From: an uncultured virus (IMG/VR IMGVR_UViG_3300020161_002252)
Taxonomy: Duplodnaviria > Heunggongvirae > Uroviricota > Caudoviricetes > Herelleviridae
Strand: one strand, 5' to 3'
Virus record (IMG/VR): IMGVR_UViG_3300020161_002252
DNA: 64,000 nt
In this document: piece after piece, positions 57,536 to 64,000 of the stretch
Numbering within the stretch: position 1 is the stretch's first letter
How the letters are laid out: each line of letters opens with the position of its first letter
The notes under the pieces: model-generated
Databases searched by the model: none
Told to the model about the DNA's origin: nothing
Seen by the model: the letters and a program-made list of their open reading frames with translations, nothing else
Translations under genes and position numbers: made by a program

Positions 57536-59396
57536 TTTTTACACCTTCTTTCATTATCCATTTGTTTTCTTTTATTTCAAGATTCTGGCTCAATAAATTA
57601 TCAATAAAGGTCTTTGATAACTCATCGATTTTCTCAACTTCATCTTCTTTATTCTGGCATACAAACTTCATTATAATATTAATTAAACTACTATAGATCT
57701 TTTCATATAATTCGGTTGTCGTATATTCTTCTTTAATTTGATACATGTTTTTTAGACATTCGTTTACTTTGTTTTTTATCATGTGTTCAAAATTTCCTAC
57801 CGGAATATCCATCTCTGGAATAGGGCCTTTTCTAAAGGAATATATAAAATCGCCGTGAATATTGCCAGAATATCTTAAATGCGCTGTATTTTTGTATTCA
57901 GAAATGAAATCTTGATAAATCACACCATCTTCAGGTAAATAAAATCCTGCATTTAAGACAGCTTTTAACAATTGTACCCAAACATTAATATTTTTATTGT
58001 TAAATGTAAATACTAAGAATCCACCAGGTTTCAAAACTCTACAAGCCTCGGAATAAACTTCTCTTAACATATTACCATAAAAATCTACATCCTTAGCACC
58101 TTCAAAGCACGATTTTCTATTAGCAACAGCCTCCTCATCATGATAAATGAATTTATCAAGCCCCTTGTATTCCTTATACCATATATTCCAGAATGAAGAT
58201 AATTCTCCATATTGAACGTTACTACCATATGGAGGATCTGTAATAACAGCATCTACACTTGCGTCTGGAATCGGTAAATTAGATGAACTTTGAGTTAATA
58301 TCAAATAATCTTTTCCATATAGCAATTCATCATAACTCGAAGCCTTCATTTTTTTAGAAGACAATGTTTTGTTCGTATACTCAAGGCCTTTAATAATTGC
58401 TTCTATTCTATCCTTAAGTTTAACAAGTATATTACATTCAACATATTCATTTGGTAACCAATATGCATGTTTATCCATACAAGTAGGATTTCCATTCTCC
58501 CAATTCTCAGTTACCCTAGACATTTTACTTGTATATCTCAATGATGAACTGAATGCAAAATATAATAAATCTCTTTCCTTTGAATCCGGTAGTGACAATA
58601 TTTTATTAAAAATCATGGTGTTAATATAATAATTTTTATCTGAAAACAAATCTGAGAAATTGTATACACCTTTTTGTGGTAAACAATCCTCATACCATCT
58701 ATCCCAGTTACTAGGTATTGGAAAATCAACCGATACTACGCCTTTAAGTATTTCAAAAGTTCCTGTATTGGAAACAATATTCTTTTTTTCTTTTTCATCA
58801 AATTCATAAATGCCTTTTTCACCATTAGAATTAAAATATTTTATCCTTAGTGGAATACTCTTATAGGGTATGCACTTTGTTCTTGTTACACCTGTTTTTG
58901 TGCGATTGTTACTCTGGCATATAGGATTTAAACATCTATATTTTCCATTTGATACTTTATTTTTTTCGGTAAGTCGAATAATATTTCCACATTCCGCACA
59001 TTTAACTTCATATACCCATTCCATCCATTCTTGTTCGACAGATTTTCCATTTATTTCATATTTATATAAATGTGCAAAGTCTCGTTCACATTCACTAAGA
59101 AATGAATGATAATATTCTTTTAGTAACTTGATATCAACTTGTTGTATTTGCATCTCGGTGATAAATGTAGCAAGTGGATTAATATCAACGCCTACAACTT
59201 TTCTATCAAGAGCTAATCCCTCAAATACTGTAACTCCGCCTCCACAGAAACAGTCTAGGACTATATCGCCTTTTTTCGTATAATGTTCTACTAATTTTCT
59301 AAAAACATTGTAAGGGCGTCTTGCAAAATATTTATGCATTTGATATTGTGCAGTATGGCTTTGTGCACTAATAGATTCTTTTATTGGTTCGATCAT
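57519..59396 (-). CDS. DNA methyltransferase with Zn-ribbon, alpha-order, probably N6-adenine
   Basis: MHKYFARRP, VLDCFCGGGVT, GVDINP, CAECG...CLNPIC, ITDPPY and RVLKPGG. Confidence 0.9.
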   Translation of the reverse strand: MIEPIKESISAQSHTAQYQMHKYFARRPYNVFRKLVEHYTKKGDIVLDCFCGGGVTVFEGLALDRKVVGVDINPLATFITEMQIQQVDIKLLKEYYHSFLSECERDFAHLYKYEINGKSVEQEWMEWVYEVKCAECGNIIRLTEKNKVSNGKYRCLNPICQSNNRTKTGVTRTKCIPYKSIPLRIKYFNSNGEKGIYEFDEKEKKNIVSNTGTFEILKGVVSVDFPIPSNWDRWYEDCLPQKGVYNFSDLFSDKNYYINTMIFNKILSLPDSKERDLLYFAFSSSLRYTSKMSRVTENWENGNPTCMDKHAYWLPNEYVECNILVKLKDRIEAIIKGLEYTNKTLSSKKMKASSYDELLYGKDYLILTQSSSNLPIPDASVDAVITDPPYGSNVQYGELSSFWNIWYKEYKGLDKFIYHDEEAVANRKSCFEGAKDVDFYGNMLREVYSEACRVLKPGGFLVFTFNNKNINVWVQLLKAVLNAGFYLPEDGVIYQDFISEYKNTAHLRYSGNIHGDFIYSFRKGPIPEMDIPVGNFEHMIKNKVNECLKNMYQIKEEYTTTELYEKIYSSLINIIMKFVCQNKEDEVEKIDELSKTFIDNLLSQNLEIKENKWIMKEGVKIDKCN

Positions 59397-59564
59397 CTTG
59401 TTGTCCTTTGGTTAACTTAGATTATGGGGTTTTTAAACATTTTTAATTGAAAGGGATGGATTTTTTATTTATTTTAAGCTAGTTGAAGTGGCAACACTAT
59501 TGTACAAGATCAAATCATGATACTTATTTTAGAACTAAAAAGGTAATTATATTCTAGGATTCAA

Positions 59565-61181
59565 TTAAATTTCAATGCTAAATTTATGCTTAGTTGATTT
59601 CCCTATCTCTTCTTTGTTTCCTTCTGTTTCTTGTTCTTGTTGTCCTTGTTGCTCTGGTTCATTGTCTTCTTGCTCTTCATCTTGATCATTGTATTCATCA
59701 TCTCCTTGATCCCCTTGATCTTGTTGTCCTTGGTCCTGTTGCGCTTGTTGTGCCATGCTTAAGCTAGTGATATATGCTTGACTTAGTACAATATCCCCGC
59801 CTTCAATGGGTTTTAAGTCGTACTTGGCGCGTATTTCATTGACCGTCATGTAATTGCTTACGCGTTGAATATCACCCGCTAAAACATCTTTCTCAGTATC
59901 CAAATCAAGACCCACGAATCTCAGTTCGTATTTATCTGAGATCTTGGATAGAATGAACATATTGATCCAATTTTGTATACTCCTAAGCAAAGGATACAAC
60001 CCCTTATCTTTTGAAGCTTGGATTCTTGCCCCTGGTCCCTGTTGAGTTAAAGCGACTGTTTGTCCTTCTGTACCAAAAACAAACCCAAGTTCAGCGGGAT
60101 CTATTTGAAACAACGCACAAGCTAATTTAGTTAAATACCCTATCCAAGTGGTATAGCCCATCTCTTCCGCGGTCCCACCAATATTAACGCTCTGTAGATC
60201 CTCTTTTAGTGTAGCATCTGGATCTAATTGAACAATAGGCGTTCTCTTTGCTTGTGCTGCCCCGCTTAACATCGCGTATAAATCCCGCTTGAAATTTCTA
60301 AATGTTTGGGGTGTCATTTTACTCTTGAGAACTAAAATACTTGGTGCATGAATGCCATTTACAAAATTACTAGCATTATATGTTTCCGCGTTAACTAAAT
60401 GGGTTACAACCCTTACAAGCTCCTCAAGCTCTGGGAATCCATACCCTTTAGCGAAATAGGTGGTTCTTGGCCTTCGGATGCAAAAAGCTAGTTGATCATG
60501 TTCAAAATCAGCTACTTTCTTGCCATTGATAATCTGGATATATCCAGAAGCTTCCCAATCGCGTCTACCTTCCTTCTTTTCCTCTTCAGTCAAAGCACGG
60601 CGCCTAATGGTTGATGCATCCACGGGCACAAAACCAATAATATCACCCCTTCTATTTTTCATGATCTCAAAACACGCTTGATCATAAGTCAAACTATCGC
60701 GTAGGATCATTTTAATAAAAGCTTCAAAATTGAAAGCGCCGCCAAATCGATAGCCTTCGCCACAGGTTTCAAGCCACCTTGTTAAATCCTGGATTTCTTT
60801 TGACTCTTCCGCGCTTGGCTTCTTGCTTTGGTCTTTTAGTCGGATGATATAACCGGCTTTAAACTGGTCTTCTTGGGGTACGCAAAATTCAGCTATTTGA
60901 TTGATTCTGGTTTGCAAGATTGCGCTTATCACGGGTACACGGGAAATGAATTGTAGGATATCATAATCAACGCCAAAAGTTCCCTCGTGCACATTGTCGC
61001 GATAAGTATCGGAAGCTGAATAGATCGCTACATTTGTAGGGTCGATATCAAATGCTACTGGTTCAACCTTGCCCCCTTCATGCGCAATTTTCAAAGCTTT
61101 TTGAATCAAATTTTCACTTTCATCAGATAATTCCTCTAATGTTTCTTGCATTGCACTTTGATTTCTTCTTATTTGATACAT
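59565..61181 (-). CDS. Portal protein
   Basis: D-x-LTYDQ, FVPVDASTIR, YGFPELE, F-x-IDPAELGF, S-x-DKGL-x-PLL and MTVNEIR; acidic Q-rich tail. Confidence 0.9.
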   Translation of the reverse strand: MYQIRRNQSAMQETLEELSDESENLIQKALKIAHEGGKVEPVAFDIDPTNVAIYSASDTYRDNVHEGTFGVDYDILQFISRVPVISAILQTRINQIAEFCVPQEDQFKAGYIIRLKDQSKKPSAEESKEIQDLTRWLETCGEGYRFGGAFNFEAFIKMILRDSLTYDQACFEIMKNRRGDIIGFVPVDASTIRRRALTEEEKKEGRRDWEASGYIQIINGKKVADFEHDQLAFCIRRPRTTYFAKGYGFPELEELVRVVTHLVNAETYNASNFVNGIHAPSILVLKSKMTPQTFRNFKRDLYAMLSGAAQAKRTPIVQLDPDATLKEDLQSVNIGGTAEEMGYTTWIGYLTKLACALFQIDPAELGFVFGTEGQTVALTQQGPGARIQASKDKGLYPLLRSIQNWINMFILSKISDKYELRFVGLDLDTEKDVLAGDIQRVSNYMTVNEIRAKYDLKPIEGGDIVLSQAYITSLSMAQQAQQDQGQQDQGDQGDDEYNDQDEEQEDNEPEQQGQQEQETEGNKEEIGKSTKHKFSIEI

Positions 61182-61283
61182 AGTTCACCTTATTTTCTAT
61201 GGTTTATTAGGTACATAATAAGCTTTTTAACATTGTTTAACAATTGACAAAATCAATAGATTTGCGGGGTCAATCAAAAATAA

Positions 61284-61334
61284 TAAAATAATTTTGTAAA
61301 AATATTTGACAAGTCACAAAATACAAGATACCTT
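61284..61334 (+). promoter_or_regulatory. Sigma70-type promoter TTGACA-17-TACCTT with UP element
   Basis: 28-bp identity with the promoter at 7614-7641. Confidence 0.75.
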
Positions 61335-61390
61335 GAGATCACCTAAGGCAATCAAGCCACCCAACCACCCTTAAACATAGGAAAAGAAAA

Positions 61391-61732
61391 ATGTCTTTAC
61401 AAAACGCTTTATCAGATGCACAAATTGAACGCATGGAAACCGCACTTGATGAAATCTTGGCTAATTCTGGTCGTAAATTTGCAAGTCAAATCTCTTACAC
61501 TGTTACAAGATTCGGAACTATCTATTTAGAAGCTACAATCAACGATCACACCTTTGAAAGAAGAATTGAATGGTTTGTTAAGTCTGAAGATCAAATTGTA
61601 TACAATGTTTACACATCAACAGGCAAAATGTATTCATGGGGTGAACCTTGTGATCTTGAAGGTGTGTTGTCCTTGGCTGGTATGGATCAAGAGATTGTTG
61701 ATGGCTTTGAAGCAGATATCCTCGGACTCTAA
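61391..61732 (+). CDS. Hypothetical acidic protein (probable early gene)
   Basis: AGGA RBS, directly downstream of a strong promoter. Confidence 0.7.
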   Translation: MSLQNALSDAQIERMETALDEILANSGRKFASQISYTVTRFGTIYLEATINDHTFERRIEWFVKSEDQIVYNVYTSTGKMYSWGEPCDLEGVLSLAGMDQEIVDGFEADILGL

Positions 61733-61764
61733 GAAACTAAACAAAAAACATAAGGAAAAACAAG

Positions 61765-62037
61765 ATGAATCATAATACAACACATAACTTCTTCTTAAAG
61801 ATTTGTGATATACTTTTAGATGGTGATTGCCATGCAGTTCCAAGAGATGAAGCACTTGAGATTTTAACAAAAAGTATGCAAGATGAATCAACCAGTAAAA
61901 AGTTAAACAAATTCATCAATGATGCAGCACTAGCACAAACTGAAACCCTTCAAGTAAGTTTCTGTTTTAATAACAAAGTCAATTTTCTTTGTGCTGTGCC
62001 AAAAAGTCAAAAACTAGATTCAAGATACGCTTTATAA
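61765..62037 (+). CDS. Hypothetical protein
   Basis: AAGGA RBS; followed by a terminator. Confidence 0.65.
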   Translation: MNHNTTHNFFLKICDILLDGDCHAVPRDEALEILTKSMQDESTSKKLNKFINDAALAQTETLQVSFCFNNKVNFLCAVPKSQKLDSRYAL

Positions 62038-62068
62038 GATCAAGAATCAATAAATAGCGCGTTTGCTT

Positions 62069-62095
62069 AGGCTGTCTACCAAGGCAGCCTTTTTT
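62069..62095 (+). terminator. Rho-independent terminator
   Basis: AGGCTGTCT-ACCA-AGGCAGCCT hairpin (one G-U pair) followed by a T tract. Confidence 0.75.
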
Positions 62096-62257
62096 ATTTT
62101 GTGCTTCTGGCAACGCGTTAAATTGGTGTATTGGGTGCTAAGGTGCTTCGCGTTCGATCAATCACTCTTCCCAAAAAACAACATACATAAACATACACAA
62201 GGATGATCGCACCCAATACATGAATCAATATATCTCTTTATTTCACTGGGTCAATCT

Positions 62258-62545
62258 TTATTTCTTTTTCTTAGCAGCTTCTTTGTTGGCGGTGGCAAGT
62301 ATCGCATAACCCGCTAAATCTAAATAGGGTGATTCCCCATAGGGGTCTTTGTTTTGAGCGATCCTTGAAATCTTATCTAGCATACGAACAATTACATGAA
62401 TATCCGGATAGCTAGTTACTGGTATTCCATTAGGATAAAGTAACAAAAGCATTTTTGTAGTCTTATCAAACGCGTTCCCATAAGCTAAATTTTTCTTCTC
62501 TAGCTCCTGGGCTACACCCTTAGCAATCTCTTTAAACTGTGTCAT
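62258..62545 (-). CDS. DUF1599/Nmad1-like (MazG-like helical) nucleotide-modification-associated protein
   Basis: KKN-x-x-YGN-x-F, R-x-x-DK-x-x-R and DLAGYAIL. Confidence 0.75.
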   Translation of the reverse strand: MTQFKEIAKGVAQELEKKNLAYGNAFDKTTKMLLLLYPNGIPVTSYPDIHVIVRMLDKISRIAQNKDPYGESPYLDLAGYAILATANKEAAKKKK

Positions 62546-62673
62546 GGGTATCTCGCAATGATGGAATCAATGAAAGCTAGGACTTCTTTTTGAATGTCTT
62601 CGTGTTCCCTTAGCAATGGTTCAGCAATTTGTTTCAAAAGTCCCAAAGTTTGCACGATTAAAAATGAATCCAT
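62542..62673 (-). CDS. Small hypothetical protein (43 aa), not in the ORF track
   Basis: MDSFLIVQTLGLLKQIAEPLLREHEDIQKEVLAFIDSIIARYP; TAATG and ATGA overlaps with both neighbours; GAGG RBS. Confidence 0.65.
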   Translation of the reverse strand: MDSFLIVQTLGLLKQIAEPLLREHEDIQKEVLAFIDSIIARYP

Positions 62674-62903
62674 TATACACCTCTCAAAAGCTCAAAAGTT
62701 TCAATTACGATTAACAAGATTCCCATAGTCAAGGGGAAATAGAAGCAAAGCAGCCCAAGGCCAAAGATACAGGCCATCATCAACCCAAGGGGTCTAGGAT
62801 CATCGTAATCTCTGAGAAAGTGGATTCCTACACCTATCACGGGGGATAGAAATAGCAAGTAGCAAAAAAATAAACCAAGTCCCATAATGTACGAAATTAA
62901 CAT
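62673..62903 (-). CDS. Small membrane protein
   Basis: Two or three hydrophobic segments; coupled in the operon. Confidence 0.6.
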   Translation of the reverse strand: MLISYIMGLGLFFCYLLFLSPVIGVGIHFLRDYDDPRPLGLMMACIFGLGLLCFYFPLTMGILLIVIETFELLRGV

Positions 62904-63391
62904 TTATCACCTCTTTCATCGCATCCAACGCGTTCAAAAACAATGTTCACACCATTCTCTTTTAAATAAGAAACTCCAGCATCCTGGGTTAATTGAGCGC
63001 CAAGATATCCACCGCGGATGATCACCACGGATTCAATAGAAGCATGATGAATCAATTTAGCACACATTAAGCAAGGTTCCCCATTGACGATAACCCAAGC
63101 CCCTCGGGTGCTTACTCCCATTGATGCAGCGTTACAAATTGCATTAGCTTCAGCATGGTGACAACCAATCTGTGGATTATCTCCACTTTGAAGCGCCAAA
63201 GCATCCCTTGAACAATAGTTCCCCGCGCATAGATGAAAATCACCCCTTGGCGCGCCATTCCAACCATCCGCAATAATTCTATTTGTCACAGGGTCAACGA
63301 TAATACACCCAAATTTTCTTCTTATACATGATGAACTTTGAGACAAAAGAAGCACTTGATTCATACGCTGTTCTAAATGCTTTGGTTTCAT
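62897..63391 (-). CDS. dCMP deaminase
   Basis: S-x-C-x-RRK-x-G, G-x-NG-x-P, HAEANAI and PCLMCAK. Confidence 0.92.
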   Translation of the reverse strand: MKPKHLEQRMNQVLLLSQSSSCIRRKFGCIIVDPVTNRIIADGWNGAPRGDFHLCAGNYCSRDALALQSGDNPQIGCHHAEANAICNAASMGVSTRGAWVIVNGEPCLMCAKLIHHASIESVVIIRGGYLGAQLTQDAGVSYLKENGVNIVFERVGCDERGDKC

Positions 63392-63987
63392 GTTGTGATC
63401 TTCCCGTCCACCTTGAGCAAGTGAAATACTTTTGCATAGGTTAACTCGGTGTCTCGGGGTGTTTTATAACCCTCTTGATTAAGCTGGTCCGCTATCTGGT
63501 GAAGCGTTAAACCTCGCAATCTTAATTCTTTTGCACGGTCTTTCAATGGGACAACATTTACATTCCTATGGGATTCTAGGATATCACCGAAGCAATGGAT
63601 CACATTTGCATGACTCCACGCCATCCCGTATTTAGTGGTAAATCCATGCTCATTTAAAAGCGTTGCAATTTGCCTGCTACTCTTCTTTTCACTTGCCCAA
63701 AGATCAACCAATTTACTAGGATCTGTTGATGGTGCTCTATTAGCTAGATACTTGAATCTTAAGCTTAGATTTGTCGCCTGTTGGCTAAAAATATCTAATG
63801 CTTGGGGTTCTTTGGCTAACTTTGAAATCTGGTCCAGTAGGTGTGATGCACGAAGGCAAAGATCAGCAATATCTCTACTGAGAAGCAAGTCTTTATTTAG
63901 CTCGGTCAAGATGGTTTTCTTGCGTGTGTACGCTGGGTCCTCTTCAACCCTTTGATCTTGGGATTCTAGGTGATCCATACAAGCCAA
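63388..63987 (-). CDS. Protein with two recombinase-type HTH repeats (start may lie outside the window)
   Basis: S-x-RQIA-x-x-LN-x-x-G-x-x-T and TLHQIADQLNQEGYKTPR. Confidence 0.65.
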   Translation of the reverse strand: MACMDHLESQDQRVEEDPAYTRKKTILTELNKDLLLSRDIADLCLRASHLLDQISKLAKEPQALDIFSQQATNLSLRFKYLANRAPSTDPSKLVDLWASEKKSSRQIATLLNEHGFTTKYGMAWSHANVIHCFGDILESHRNVNVVPLKDRAKELRLRGLTLHQIADQLNQEGYKTPRDTELTYAKVFHLLKVDGKITT

Positions 63988-64000
63988 TTGCTCAATGATT

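Larger units (their letters stand above)
55441..59396. other. Foreign AT-rich restriction-modification-like cassette inserted in the head operon
   Basis: Sharp composition change, junctions on start codons, and bacterial-type MTase genes. Confidence 0.75.

Noticed and set aside
55441..59396. Cassette as a transposon/IS or as BREX/DISARM
   Set aside because: No transposase, terminal inverted repeats or clear target-site duplication (only TCAT microhomology); no PglZ, ATPase or helicase partners
2141..63955. Numerous short antisense or nested ORFs in the track (e.g. 2141-2371, 11529-11876, 42092-42478, 46106-46558, 51231-51611, 63635-63955)
   Set aside because: They overlap well-supported genes or lack RBS and family motifs; treated as shadow ORFs
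63388..63987. Serine integrase indicating a temperate lifestyle
   Set aside because: Only HTH-like repeats are visible; no catalytic resolvase domain in the window
1..64000. tRNA genes, introns/inteins, alternative genetic code
   Set aside because: No cloverleaf or T-loop signature noticed; the conserved enzymes read uninterrupted in the standard code. Not verified by tRNAscan.

Overview
This window is most of a tailed dsDNA bacteriophage genome with a contractile (myovirus-type) tail. No rRNA, tRNA, CRISPR array or integrase was seen. The nucleotide-metabolism and replication genes are a truncated beta-class DNA methyltransferase at the left edge (missed by the ORF track), RecU-like resolvase, ThyX, class II-type ribonucleotide reductase, beta sliding clamp, family A DNA polymerase, SSB, SNF2-like helicase, Cas4-like nuclease, primase-helicase, dCMP deaminase and a PAPS-reductase-family protein. 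A + strand block carries the terminase, tail fibre and lysis genes. A long - strand morphogenesis operon carries the portal, MuF, protease, scaffold, capsid, neck, sheath, tube, chaperones, tape measure and baseplate. Five things stand out. (1) A compositionally foreign ~3.96-kb cassette (55441-59396) holds paired m6A/m4C methyltransferases and a 5'-truncated AlwI-like gene, and sits exactly between a phage gene's ATG and its apparent RBS. (2) Three head-region paralogues share a near-identical ~155-aa N-terminal module but have unrelated C-termini, suggesting a polymorphic capsid-cargo system linked to a recurring hydrophobic-x-K-[SAG] motif. (3) Two copies of a palindromic iteron/IHF-site/AT-core element look like a bipartite origin. 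(4) A promoter-to-terminator, hairpin-rich ~190-nt non-coding unit lies upstream of the polymerase. (5) The tail chaperones carry a probable +1/-2 frameshift. All functional calls come from motif recognition by eye; no database searches were run.
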